Positions 17,657 to 27,257 are shown, counted from the first letter of the stretch. The stretch is DNA of 61,497 nt from Oscillospiraceae bacterium (GCA_902794115.1 CADBGD010000001.1:1-61497); one strand, 5' to 3'. The notes: generated by a model not told the origin, from the letters alone. Made by a program: numbers and translations.

Positions 17657-18958
17657 ATGAAAAAGACACTACGGACACTAAGCATTCTGCTTTCCGTATC
17701 CATGCTTCTCGCTTCTGCGGGATGTAAAAAGTCGGAGGAGACTTCGAAGAAATCAAAAAAAACGAAGAAAGATTCTGAGGTGACAGAGACCGAAGACCCG
17801 GAAGAGCTTTCTGAAAGTACAACGGAAGAGACCACGACAGAGGAAAGTACGGAAGAATCCACCGAAGAGACTACGGAATTACAGACCAATGCAGACGGTC
17901 TTTACCGGACCACGCTGGAAGCTCCCGGAGAAAATGTCAGCGTAAGTTTTGAGCTGGATGTGGATCAGGACGGGTTGAATTCCTGCAGAGTAGAGACCCA
18001 CGGCGAAGATGCGCTGATCAACTCTTCGATCCCGGGATACATCGGCTCCGCCTTTACCGCTACCGGAAACGGACGGATCGGTCTTTGCAAAATCACCTTT
18101 GAGATCTCCCCGGCAGTTCTTTCCAAGGCCGGCGCGGACTTTCAGCCGACAGTATATGCTTTAAATGAAACCACAAACACTTGGTATGAGTTCGTTACCA
18201 CCGTGGAAGATGGCAAGGCCTCTGCCCTTTCTACCTATCTGGGCACATTTATCCTTCTGGATAAGACAGCCTTTGATGCGGCCAAAGAAAAGGCTGCGGC
18301 GGTAGATCTTTCTTCGGATCCGGGGACGGACAGCAATAATGACGGACTCAGTGATTATGTCACACAGCTTATTTGCGACGGAACGATCCGCACCTCCACA
18401 GGGACTCTCGTTTTCGGGGATGCTTCCTTCGAAGATGTGCAGGCCAATGACGATTTCGATAATGACGGCATCAAAAACGGTGAGGAATTCACTCTCATCA
18501 CATCCGTCAAGGTGCCTTCCGACGCGGTCGAATTTGAAGGCAGATTCTACCGGATCTACGACATGGGTTTCCGCTGGGACGATGTCGAGTCGCTTTGTGA
18601 GAGTGGCGGCGGACATCTTCTCACTGTTACTTCCGAAGAAGAATGGGAATTTGTCAAAGGTCTTCTCCAGAATGGCACCAAGAAGTGCTACTGGCTGGGC
18701 GCCAATGATGTAGCGACGGAAGGAACCTTCCTCTGGGTCACCGGTGAACCCTTTGAGTTTACCGACTGGGCAGCTGGTGAGCCGAATAACGATGGCGCGG
18801 AAGACTACCTCGAGATCGAAACCTGGAACGAATACCGCTGGAATGACGGTGAAGTCGATGGTGACTTTGGTCAGTTCAGTCAGGATAATCACGGGTTCAT
18901 CTGTGAATGGGAGGCATCCGAAACAGGAGTCAGTGTATACGTTCAGGTCAACGGCTGA
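17657..18958 (+). CDS. Lipoprotein with an E/T-rich linker, Ca-binding-type D.D.DG repeats and a C-terminal C-type lectin domain (EPN...WND)
   Basis: Lipobox LLASAGC. Repeats DSNNDGLSDY and DDFDNDGIKNGEE. CTLD motifs: WDDVESLCESGGGHLLTVTSEEEWEFV, CYWLGANDVATEGTFLWVTGEPFEFTDWAAGEPNNDGAEDYLEI, WNDGE...HGFICEWE. Confidence 0.85.
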   Translation: MKKTLRTLSILLSVSMLLASAGCKKSEETSKKSKKTKKDSEVTETEDPEELSESTTEETTTEESTEESTEETTELQTNADGLYRTTLEAPGENVSVSFELDVDQDGLNSCRVETHGEDALINSSIPGYIGSAFTATGNGRIGLCKITFEISPAVLSKAGADFQPTVYALNETTNTWYEFVTTVEDGKASALSTYLGTFILLDKTAFDAAKEKAAAVDLSSDPGTDSNNDGLSDYVTQLICDGTIRTSTGTLVFGDASFEDVQANDDFDNDGIKNGEEFTLITSVKVPSDAVEFEGRFYRIYDMGFRWDDVESLCESGGGHLLTVTSEEEWEFVKGLLQNGTKKCYWLGANDVATEGTFLWVTGEPFEFTDWAAGEPNNDGAEDYLEIETWNEYRWNDGEVDGDFGQFSQDNHGFICEWEASETGVSVYVQVNG

Positions 18959-18983
18959 TTCTCTCTGAAATAAAGAAAAAACA

Positions 18984-19020
18984 CAAAAGGTGCGGGAAAA
19001 CTCTCCCGCACCTTTTTTCT
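18984..19020. terminator. Bidirectional Rho-independent terminator
   Basis: aaaaGGTGCGGGAaaactcTCCCGCACCtttttt: a 9-bp GC-rich stem flanked by an A-run and a T-run, between convergent genes. Confidence 0.85.
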
Positions 19021-19045
19021 TTCTGAATACAAATACATTTTTTCC

Positions 19046-19795
19046 TTATACCTGATCCGCCTTTACATATTTGTCGAGAGTGTAGATGGCAAAATATATT
19101 TTATCACTGCCATCTTCCGCCATCGCCAGATAATACAATCCGGGATCCGTCACTTTATCGTAAAGAGACATTCTGACAATCTGCTTCACTTCCTGACCTC
19201 CGGTACCCTCAAAATAGATGTAATACTTTGTCGTTTCCGTTGTATGCCCGTCACTGTCAGTCGATGTTTCGACTTCGGATTTTTTGCGGAGAATGTTGAC
19301 CGTATACACCTTATATCCGGATTTCTCCGGCTTCGGGCCATTCGATTTGGAAGACATGGAGCGTGTGAGAAAGAAAAAGATAAAGCAGAAAATGATTGGA
19401 AAGACACACGATACCAGCCGGATAATGTTGACTGCTTCTCCTTTTCTTCTGGCTCGAAAAACAGATAGCACCGCCGATCCGATACTCATGACAATTACGA
19501 CAACGATGAAGACAACCACGATTTTCAAAAAGGCGTCTCCGGCACTTTTTCCGGATTCATAGAAGATTTTGTAATCTGCTTTCAAAACACGATCCGTCAG
19601 CACGATCTTATGCTCCTCCGGATCCAGTTTCTGTGCTTCTTCAATTGCCGCCTGACGTTCCTGCTCAAGCGGAACTCTCTTCTTCTCAAAGCTCTTTCCT
19701 TCGCCCTGTAGGATGTGCACACAAAAGAAAAACATCGCTACCATCAGAAGCGCGCCCACGAGAAATCCCCAAAAGCTCTTTAGTTTACTGTTCAT
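19046..19795 (-). CDS. Polytopic membrane protein, function unknown
   Basis: One N-terminal TM and two central TM helices. No motif recognised. Confidence 0.6.
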   Translation of the reverse strand: MNSKLKSFWGFLVGALLMVAMFFFCVHILQGEGKSFEKKRVPLEQERQAAIEEAQKLDPEEHKIVLTDRVLKADYKIFYESGKSAGDAFLKIVVVFIVVVIVMSIGSAVLSVFRARRKGEAVNIIRLVSCVFPIIFCFIFFFLTRSMSSKSNGPKPEKSGYKVYTVNILRKKSEVETSTDSDGHTTETTKYYIYFEGTGGQEVKQIVRMSLYDKVTDPGLYYLAMAEDGSDKIYFAIYTLDKYVKADQV

Positions 19796-19838
19796 GTTTG
19801 CCTCCTTACTTCTCCCTTTAGATCTCTAAACCTTTTCA

Positions 19839-20984
19839 TCAGACCCCGAAAAGCTCTGCCGTCTTCGTCATGCGGGAAGCGATCTCCACACCGAAGGGAC
19901 AGCGGCTCTCGCAGCTTTGGCACCCGATACATTCCGATGCCGTGTGACCAAGTGCCTTATAGTGTTCCGCAACACTCTCCGGTACTTTCTCCTGTGTCAT
20001 TGCCAGATCGTAGAACTTATTGACCATAGCGATATCGATATCCATGGGGCAGGGCTTACAGTGTCCGCAGTATGTGCAGGTTCCGTTATAGGAATGCATC
20101 GGGGCATTGGCGATGACGGACGCATAGTCCTTCTCATCTTCGGAAGCTGTCTCATAAGCCACCGCCGCATCGATCTGCTCCGTGGTATCGTACCCGCAAA
20201 GGATCGAGCAGGCACCCGGACGGGTCAGAGCGTAGTGGATCAGCTGCACAGGTGTGAAGGCCACATCAAACGGCGATCTTTCCTTGTCCAGAAGGGCGCC
20301 TCCGAAGAATCCTTTCATGACCGTAAGTCCCACGTTATTCTCTTCGCACATCTGATAGAAGCGGGCCCGCTCCGGATCGATACCGGACCATTCCTGGTTC
20401 TCGTAGCCGCCGAACATGGATTCCAGGTCCTCGGTAGCCGGACGCATATCGAAAGCCGGGTTGATACTGAAGAGGATCATCTCAATAAAGCCGCTTTCCA
20501 CCGCCAGTTTTCCGATCACCGGGTTATGGGTACTTAGTCCGATATGACGGATCGTGCCTTTCTCGTGAAGTTCTTTCACATACTTGATGAATTCCCCGCT
20601 CATGACAGTATTCCACTCCTCGACAGAGTCGATATAGTGGATCATGCCCAGGTCGATATAGTCAGTCTGAAGGCGAAGGAGAAGATCTTCGAAAGCAGGG
20701 ATAACATACTTCATATCCCGGGTCCTTACATACTGCCCGTTCTGGTAAGTGGAGCCGATATGTCCCTGCACATACCAGGAATCCCGGCATCCGGCCATGG
20801 CTTTTCCGATGATATCTCTCGACTTCGGATCTGCCATCCAGCAGTCCACGATGTTGATGCCCTTGCTATGAGCATATTTCAGAAGCCCAACGGAATGCTC
20901 TTCGTCATGGCGTTCCAGCCACTCGCCGCCAAAGCCGATCTCACTCACTTTTAATCCGGTTTTTCCCAAAGTACGATACTGCAT
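19839..20984 (-). CDS. Aldo/keto reductase with a C-terminal 4Fe-4S ferredoxin-type domain
   Basis: AKR N-terminus MQYRTLGKTGLKVSEIGFGGEW, with GLSTHNP. C-terminal Cys clusters CTYCGHCKPCP and CIGCQSCESRCP. Confidence 0.85.
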   Translation of the reverse strand: MQYRTLGKTGLKVSEIGFGGEWLERHDEEHSVGLLKYAHSKGINIVDCWMADPKSRDIIGKAMAGCRDSWYVQGHIGSTYQNGQYVRTRDMKYVIPAFEDLLLRLQTDYIDLGMIHYIDSVEEWNTVMSGEFIKYVKELHEKGTIRHIGLSTHNPVIGKLAVESGFIEMILFSINPAFDMRPATEDLESMFGGYENQEWSGIDPERARFYQMCEENNVGLTVMKGFFGGALLDKERSPFDVAFTPVQLIHYALTRPGACSILCGYDTTEQIDAAVAYETASEDEKDYASVIANAPMHSYNGTCTYCGHCKPCPMDIDIAMVNKFYDLAMTQEKVPESVAEHYKALGHTASECIGCQSCESRCPFGVEIASRMTKTAELFGV

Positions 20985-21055
20985 GTTCTCACCGCCTTAT
21001 TCCGCCTTTTTACCGCCGTTCCCGGAAATTCTGCTTTTCCAAAAGCACTATGCCC

Positions 21056-21086
21056 ATTATACCATGCGGCATAGATTCCATGTCAT
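21056..21086 (-). promoter_or_regulatory. Candidate sigma-A promoter for the AKR gene: -35 TGACAT, 18-nt spacer, extended -10 TGGTATAAT
   Basis: The minus strand reads aaTGACATggaatctatgccgcaTGGTATAAT, about 70 nt upstream of the ATG at 20984. Confidence 0.45.
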
Positions 21087-21119
21087 TGCCCGGCTGCGTT
21101 TTCATTGTAAATGACGAAT

Positions 21120-21246
21120 AAGTGCTTTTCACCCGTAAAAAGTGCTTTTCGAGCATAGGAAATCGAATGAATTTACGGGTGAAAATGGAGAAATCTCGTT
21201 TTATGATGAATTTCGACTCGTGTAAGCTCAAGAATTACGGGTGAAA
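21120..21246. repeat. Cluster of short repeats: TTTCACCCGTAA (21127-21138) and its inverse TTACGGGTGAAA twice (21173-21184, 21235-21246), plus AAGTGCTTTTC twice (21120-21130, 21140-21150)
   Basis: Read directly. Arm 1 can pair with either copy 2 (13-bp stem) or copy 3. The cluster lies just upstream of the candidate AKR promoter. Confidence 0.6.
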
Positions 21247-21360
21247 TCCTGTTTTTCCTGATTTACAATGAAAAAGTTCTTCCGCACTTGGCGGCATCGA
21301 ATTTGGAAATCTGCTGGAAAAAACACCGGGACGGAAGCATCTTCGAACAAGAAGCGGTTC

Positions 21361-22041
21361 TCACACCGTTTTTTTGCTTTTCCCATCCGATAGCTTTTTC
21401 GTTCGGACGATCGAAATCACGATAAGAAGGGCCACCAGGATCAGGCACGCGACGGCAGCGCAAAGAACAGCCTTTAAGAACAACTCGATATCGAACGTTA
21501 TACTTTTGTCCAGAGAATGCTTATTCGTCAGAGAAGCCGGTATCCTGCAGACATGTTTGCCATGGTTCGCGTATAGAGTAAACTGTCCTTCATACTCTCC
21601 ATGGATCTCAAATCTGGTATACTTGATTCTCTCTTCAGTAACCGATGTCCGAGCTCCGGTCAGCTTGCACTCCCCGAGTGCGGATGAGGCCAGAAGATCG
21701 CCCATCTCCTCAGCAGATAAACGAACTCCGTTTTTCGAGATCTCGCTACTGGCAAGATCCACCAGGCGTGTATCCATGAAACAGATCTCATCCGCCGCTT
21801 CATCATAGCGAACAAAACTAAACGGTCCGTTTTCCCTTTCCACTTGAAGAGAGCCGTCTTCCATCTGTTCGATAGTGAATAGGTCCGCTTCGTCAGTGGC
21901 CCGAAGATCCGCAAATTCAGTATCCGGATCGACTGAAGTATTGCGATCTCCCACGAAATAGAAAACCGCAGTTAGGATCACGAACAATATTCCTACTGAA
22001 ACAGCTATAATCTTTTTACTCATGAGCAGCGTCCTCTTCAT
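21361..22041 (-). CDS. Hypothetical protein with N- and C-terminal TM anchors
   Basis: IIAVSVGILFVILTAVFYFV near the N-terminus and AVLCAAVACLILVALLIVISIV near the C-terminus. The start may be the second ATG (22023). Confidence 0.55.
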   Translation of the reverse strand: MKRTLLMSKKIIAVSVGILFVILTAVFYFVGDRNTSVDPDTEFADLRATDEADLFTIEQMEDGSLQVERENGPFSFVRYDEAADEICFMDTRLVDLASSEISKNGVRLSAEEMGDLLASSALGECKLTGARTSVTEERIKYTRFEIHGEYEGQFTLYANHGKHVCRIPASLTNKHSLDKSITFDIELFLKAVLCAAVACLILVALLIVISIVRTKKLSDGKSKKTV

Positions 22042-22080
22042 TCACACAGGTGTTCTGCAGCAAGTACGATCCATGAATAA

Positions 22081-23046
22081 TTATATCAGTTTGATCCACA
22101 CTTCGTGTTCGGTATAGAAGATCACTCCACCCGGGATAGGAAGCACATTTTCTCCCTGCTGAACTTTGATTTTCCGTCTGGTCTCATGATTCAGATAGTG
22201 CTTGTAGTCCCGCCTCATCCCTTCGTAAAACCACTGGTCATTTTCCCTATAAACGATCGAGCAGTATAAATGTTTCCCCGACTTTACAGAATCGATGTCG
22301 ATGCCAGACAAATCCTTGTGAGTATCTTGGAGAAGCGGCGCAGTTCCTGAAAAGAAATACACCTCGTCCTGCCCGATTCCCAAGTATCCTTCATAATCAT
22401 CGAAACTGGCCAGTTTGAATTCCCTAATCTCACCGGCGATACCTGGATCGATTTCCGGTGCAGGCTCATAAACAGAACCGTACATCATCCGGATGACTTC
22501 GCCGTTTTCTTTTATATATGTGAAATGCTCTTCACAACATGCTTCCGTGATAACGTGGTCATCGATCTTAGTAAGATCACAAGGTGAAGAGGACTTGTCG
22601 CTGGAATAAAGATCGCCATTTTCCAGCAGCACCACAATGCCTACACTCTCATCTGCCCAGCCAACGATCTCCGCATTTTTAATCGGAGATGCAAGAGTTG
22701 CAAAGTCACGCTGAACAATCAGATCCATCGCGCCGCTATTCACGCTATAGAGCTCGATCGACTCATCTTCAAACCGGACAAGTGCTTTTCCATTAAAAAC
22801 ATCCACATCCTTAATACGCTTATCGAAGCATCTGCGGCACAGCTCGTGCCCCTTATAATCGCATACAACAAGTTCTTCATTATCCAGAACAATGCCGATA
22901 TGGTCACGCAAACTACTGCTGACCGAAGTAATCTTCCGATTCCCAGAAGAAAACACATCGTAGTTGGTCCGAAAATCGCACCCGGCACAATTAAGAAGAA
23001 TACATAGCAAGAGCAAAAGTCCAAGAACCGTTTGGTACCTTCTCAT
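22081..23046 (-). CDS. Lipoprotein, function unknown
   Basis: GGGAGGA RBS 6 nt upstream. Signal and lipobox LLLLCILLNCAGC. Confidence 0.7.
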   Translation of the reverse strand: MRRYQTVLGLLLLLCILLNCAGCDFRTNYDVFSSGNRKITSVSSSLRDHIGIVLDNEELVVCDYKGHELCRRCFDKRIKDVDVFNGKALVRFEDESIELYSVNSGAMDLIVQRDFATLASPIKNAEIVGWADESVGIVVLLENGDLYSSDKSSSPCDLTKIDDHVITEACCEEHFTYIKENGEVIRMMYGSVYEPAPEIDPGIAGEIREFKLASFDDYEGYLGIGQDEVYFFSGTAPLLQDTHKDLSGIDIDSVKSGKHLYCSIVYRENDQWFYEGMRRDYKHYLNHETRRKIKVQQGENVLPIPGGVIFYTEHEVWIKLI

Positions 23047-23554
23047 ATTCTATCCTCCCTTCCGAATTAATGAAGTAGCGCACTCTTCCGATCTCTGATA
23101 TTCTCTTAAGATCATCAACATATGTTATGATGCTACTCACAATCCCACTTCTATCTCCAATAATAGAGTACAACATAACCGAGCCTATTGTAATAACGGT
23201 GTCGAAGTACCATTCCCCAATCGCATCAGGAGAAAACTCTATCGTATAATCGCAAAACAGCACTGTTCCAGCACCAACAAATGATGCAGTTCCATTCCAA
23301 GCATACACTTCGCCAATGGTTCCCCAAGAAATAAACGCTGTGGCCATATTTTCTGATTTCGATGTATCGCCACCATTGCACGAAGACAAAATCAGGGTCG
23401 GAATCTTTTTACGTTCCAGATAATACGATGAAGATGCCGTTGAATTTTTTACATCTGACAGATCCTGCTTTGATTCTACTTCTGTTTCGGAGCGGCGTCT
23501 GCAGCCATCCGCGCTTCTCGGCGAGTCTCGAAAAGCACTCTCCCATTGCGCCAA
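22991..23554 (-). CDS. Hypothetical protein; start uncertain, possibly a decayed lipoprotein gene
   Basis: The open frame overlaps the next gene by 56 nt and has no clear RBS. An internal KKIPTLILSSC looks like a lipoprotein signal without an ATG. Confidence 0.3.
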   Translation of the reverse strand: MAQWESAFRDSPRSADGCRRRSETEVESKQDLSDVKNSTASSSYYLERKKIPTLILSSCNGGDTSKSENMATAFISWGTIGEVYAWNGTASFVGAGTVLFCDYTIEFSPDAIGEWYFDTVITIGSVMLYSIIGDRSGIVSSIITYVDDLKRISEIGRVRYFINSEGRIEYEKVPNGSWTFALAMYSS

Positions 23555-23566
23555 GCGGCATTTTCG

Positions 23567-24085
23567 TCAGTCCAGATCCTCTCTTCGGATCACGGACACG
23601 TGAGTGATCTTATTGGCTTCATCTTCATACTCTTTTTCGAAATGCATGCCGATGGATTCCGCTGTTTTAAATGAACCCACATTCGTGTACTTGCAGTAAG
23701 AATAGAGTGCAGGATACTCCGTGTTTTGGAAGGCCCAGTCGCGCACGGCCGCAGCGGCTTCTTTCGCGTATCCTTTTCTCTGCTGATCCTTTCGGATATG
23801 ATATCCGATCTCCGGAAGCATAGTCCCGTCGATATTTTGAAGCGTCAGGCCGCAGTCGCCGATCATCTCGCCTGTGTCCTTCAGGCAGACCGCCCAGAGT
23901 CCGAAACCGTCTTCTTTGTACCGGTTCATGTTCCGCTCGATCCAGGAACACACACGCTCTTCATCGAAAGAATAGGGGTAGTGCTGCATGATCTCCTTAT
24001 CGCCCAGCACCGCAAAAAGCGCATCCAGATCACTCATGGTCATCTCCCGAAGGAAAAGTCTTTTGGTTTCCAGTATCTTCTTCAT
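23567..24085 (-). CDS. GNAT-family N-acetyltransferase (RimJ/RimL-like)
   Basis: ETKRLFLREMTMSDLDALF..., GFGLWAV, QRKGYAKEAAAAVRDWAF. Confidence 0.85.
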   Translation of the reverse strand: MKKILETKRLFLREMTMSDLDALFAVLGDKEIMQHYPYSFDEERVCSWIERNMNRYKEDGFGLWAVCLKDTGEMIGDCGLTLQNIDGTMLPEIGYHIRKDQQRKGYAKEAAAAVRDWAFQNTEYPALYSYCKYTNVGSFKTAESIGMHFEKEYEDEANKITHVSVIRREDLD

Positions 24086-24115
24086 TTCTGTTTACCTGTC
24101 CATTTTCTATTCCGC

Positions 24116-25327
24116 TTAGGAGAGCAGCCCCATTTCGTCGATGATTCTTTTCGCCCGCATAACTACCGGAAGTTCACGGTTCGCTACCAGTCTTCCGATA
24201 GGTGTTTCCCTGCGTTTTTCGTACTCATCAACCGCCTCATCAAAGGTCAGTTTCAGCGTGGAAAGATGGAAATCATGGATCTCGTCTTCCGTTAAGTGCT
24301 TTTCACCGAAAGACTTCACTTTGCACAGGAAATAGTTGTTGATGTTGTGCCGGTGGATGATGTTATAGTAATCGCTGACCACACCGATCCTACAGATCAC
24401 GTCAACTTCCGCACCCAGTTCTTCGCTGAGTTCACGCCGGATTGCCATATTCAGGTTCTCCCCTTTCTCCACACCGCCTCCGGGAGTCTCGATCATTGTC
24501 GCCTTACCGAACATGTCATCGCGTTCGGCGCGGATGAAATAGAAGCTCCCTTCTTCATCGAAAACGATGCCTCTGGCGATCCATCGATCATGGTCAATGT
24601 ATTCTAACGGCCACTCATTATCCGTAAGTTCATTTCGAAGTTCGGCCCTCTTCTCCAGCCGAACGCCGTTTTCAAAGACATAGTACGGACGGGATCCGAT
24701 GACCTGGAACGCATCCCCGTCAATGAACAGCGTGTCTTCTTCCGGAAGCGCGATCACTTTCCCTTTCTCAATCGAATAATTCGTAAGAAACGCAGTGACA
24801 CGCTCGTGATCTTCTTCCGTTTTCGCATTGGTATAATGCGCATCCAGGGCGATCCCCGATAGCACATCAAACCCTTCTGTATCCTGAAGCCCGACATCAT
24901 TCGGATCTTCGGTGATGGCCGTCATGATGTCTTTCCCGAAAATGATCTCTCCTGCCGAGCTTCCGAATACGACTCCATCTCCCTGAAGGTATTCCTTGAT
25001 CTTGGCAAAAGCACCGCTATCCTTCAGTCCTTTTAGAAGTGAGAATGTATTTCCGCCGCCGATAAAGAGTGCACAATAATCCGAGAACTCCTTCGTAAGG
25101 ATCTCTTCATACGAGCGGACCATCTCTACTGAGGGGACGTCGACGCCGCCTTCTTTTAATTCATTTTGGATCCACCCATAGCATTCATCGAGAGTATGTG
25201 TCTCTTCCGGCATCGCCAGAGGAATATACAGAAGCGGCTTCGTGTTGTCGATCACCGCATTAAAAACAGGATAGGTATCCTCTAACTGCTTTCCGAATCC
25301 GCCACCACATAAGAACAGTTTTGCCAT
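24116..25327 (-). CDS. Fusion protein: peptidase S51 (dipeptidase E)-like domain plus NUDIX hydrolase domain
   Basis: N-terminal half: FIGGGNTFSLLKGL...VVFGSSAGEIIFG. C-terminal half: Nudix box GGGVEKGENLNMAIRRELSEELG. Confidence 0.8.
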   Translation of the reverse strand: MAKLFLCGGGFGKQLEDTYPVFNAVIDNTKPLLYIPLAMPEETHTLDECYGWIQNELKEGGVDVPSVEMVRSYEEILTKEFSDYCALFIGGGNTFSLLKGLKDSGAFAKIKEYLQGDGVVFGSSAGEIIFGKDIMTAITEDPNDVGLQDTEGFDVLSGIALDAHYTNAKTEEDHERVTAFLTNYSIEKGKVIALPEEDTLFIDGDAFQVIGSRPYYVFENGVRLEKRAELRNELTDNEWPLEYIDHDRWIARGIVFDEEGSFYFIRAERDDMFGKATMIETPGGGVEKGENLNMAIRRELSEELGAEVDVICRIGVVSDYYNIIHRHNINNYFLCKVKSFGEKHLTEDEIHDFHLSTLKLTFDEAVDEYEKRRETPIGRLVANRELPVVMRAKRIIDEMGLLS

Positions 25328-25330
25328 GTC

Positions 25331-25897
25331 TTATTTCCTCCTCACAGATATGTTCTGCTCATACATTTTCAGGGGAAGGATCGCCCGGTAGATCGAGCAG
25401 TAGCCCTCCGCGATTTCTTCTTCGTCATGGACACCCTTCAGCGGGTACTCCAGAAGAAGGTATTCCACTCCGAAAACGAGCACATGCACTTTCGTGTTGA
25501 TTGCTCCGGCCTTCAGATAAAAGTCCAGCCGTCTTTCTCTGGCCTTCTTTTCTTCCTCCGGAACTTCCGACTCCGGATCTTCGATCTCGATGATCGTTAC
25601 TTCAGAACTGCACTGCTCCACCGCCCTACGGAGGAACTCGGACCCGATGCCCTGCCCCCGTCTTTCCGGCACCACCGCATAGTAGTCCAGAAGGCATACT
25701 TCTTTCTCGAATACAAAGAAAGCATAGGCCAGGAATCCTCCATCCTCGGCAAAAGCACCTGTACACAGGTACCGCCCTTCCCGGATCGACTGCTCGATCC
25801 GGGAGAGTGGTTTTCGCTCATCATCGGGAAAATCGTAGTAGAGATATTTCTCATAGACTTCCCTTATCTCTTCGATTGTCAGAATACGTGTCTGCAT
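25331..25897 (-). CDS. GNAT-family acetyltransferase
   Basis: VVPERRGQGIGSEFLRRAVE acetyl-CoA binding motif. Confidence 0.8.
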   Translation of the reverse strand: MQTRILTIEEIREVYEKYLYYDFPDDERKPLSRIEQSIREGRYLCTGAFAEDGGFLAYAFFVFEKEVCLLDYYAVVPERRGQGIGSEFLRRAVEQCSSEVTIIEIEDPESEVPEEEKKARERRLDFYLKAGAINTKVHVLVFGVEYLLLEYPLKGVHDEEEIAEGYCSIYRAILPLKMYEQNISVRRK

Positions 25898-25961
25898 ACT
25901 GCCTCAATTGTTTGTAATCAGATCCGCTTCTATACTACACGCGTCACGGATCTCAACCACG

Positions 25962-27257
25962 TTATGAATCACTATAATGATACTTCTTTAATCTCGATCC
26001 GAAAACCAGACAATGTATGGTTCCAGAAAGTCCCAGGATGCCCATCATCAGCGCTGCGCCGGATCCTTTTCCCGATCCGAAGAGTGTCGTCAGCACTTCA
26101 GAATAAGCATGTCTTGCCATGAATGGTTCACATACGTGATCCACCATGAATCCGCCGAGGAATAGACCGATCGGGATCGTAAAGAACTGGAAGGTGTTCC
26201 GGCATGCATAGACTCTTCCCTGAAGTTCCACAGGGATGGAATTTCTTAGAACCACATCCAGGTTCGCGCTCATGACCGGAACCAGTATCCATCCGACGAT
26301 CTGTCCCAGGCACCACAGCACCGGTTCTCTGGAGAAAGCCAGAACGAAGTTCTCCACGCTTAAGGAGATCAGCATCGTCACAAATATGACCCGTACTCGG
26401 TCCTTCGGTTTCGGCATCTTCGATACGATCAGACTTCCGATAACCATCGCAATTCCGGAACATGCTGTCACGATACCCAGTACTTCTTTTCCACCCCTCG
26501 GGTTCGGGATCACATACCCGTACAGTGTCGCGTCAAAGGCGGATGCCACGAGATTGACGCCGGACATAAAGAGGATCAGCGAGAATACCAGCGGTGTTTT
26601 CTTAAGAAAGCGAAGTCCTTCCTTGGCTAGCGTGATCGTGCTCTCTTTTTTCTCACTCGGCTTTTCCGGGATCTGCACAAATCGCAGAAGCGCCATAAAT
26701 GCTGTGGCAAATGTAAGAAGATCCAGTGCAAAAACTGAACTCATGCCCAGCAGCCCGTAAAGTGCCGTAGCGATCAGCGGGTGCAAAATGGAATTCAGTG
26801 AGCGGGTCAGAGAATTCATAGCGCTGATCTTCTGATAATGTGTCTTTGGCACGATCAGGGTCATGGTCACTTCCGACGCCGGCTGCTGCACCGTATTCAT
26901 CAGTCCGGAAAAGACATTGATCGCATAGAGATGCCAGACCGCCAGCGTATCTGTCTTATAAAGAAGGAACACGACGACCGTGCATAGAGCCGCCAGTGTG
27001 TCGCACACCAGCATGGTCTTTTTCTTATTGAACCGGTCCGTCAGCGCACCTGCGAAAATGCTCATGATCACGTAAGGCGCGTATGTACAGATCGTCAGTG
27101 CCGCCGTGCCCAAAGCAGATCCGGTCTTGTCATAGAGCCACAGTGTCAGCGCAAAGGCCGTGATGCTCGATCCCAGCTGGGACAGGCTTTGTGTGCTCCA
27201 AAGGACATAGAAATCCCGAAGCGGATTCTTCTTAGTATTTTCTATTTTGTTATTCAT
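25962..27257 (-). CDS. MFS transporter (12-TM, efflux-type)
   Basis: AAGGAG RBS. GALTDRFNKKK loop motif between TM2 and TM3. Hydrophobic throughout. Confidence 0.85.
   Translation of the reverse strand: MNNKIENTKKNPLRDFYVLWSTQSLSQLGSSITAFALTLWLYDKTGSALGTAALTICTYAPYVIMSIFAGALTDRFNKKKTMLVCDTLAALCTVVVFLLYKTDTLAVWHLYAINVFSGLMNTVQQPASEVTMTLIVPKTHYQKISAMNSLTRSLNSILHPLIATALYGLLGMSSVFALDLLTFATAFMALLRFVQIPEKPSEKKESTITLAKEGLRFLKKTPLVFSLILFMSGVNLVASAFDATLYGYVIPNPRGGKEVLGIVTACSGIAMVIGSLIVSKMPKPKDRVRVIFVTMLISLSVENFVLAFSREPVLWCLGQIVGWILVPVMSANLDVVLRNSIPVELQGRVYACRNTFQFFTIPIGLFLGGFMVDHVCEPFMARHAYSEVLTTLFGSGKGSGAALMMGILGLSGTIHCLVFGSRLKKYHYSDS

Noticed and set aside
17657-18958. The C-type lectin gene as the target of a diversity-generating retroelement
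   Set aside because: DGR targets often end in CLec folds. However, I found no reverse transcriptase gene and no template-repeat copy of the 3' end anywhere in the window. The domain is the canonical EPN/WND lectin type rather than the Mtd/FGE-like type.
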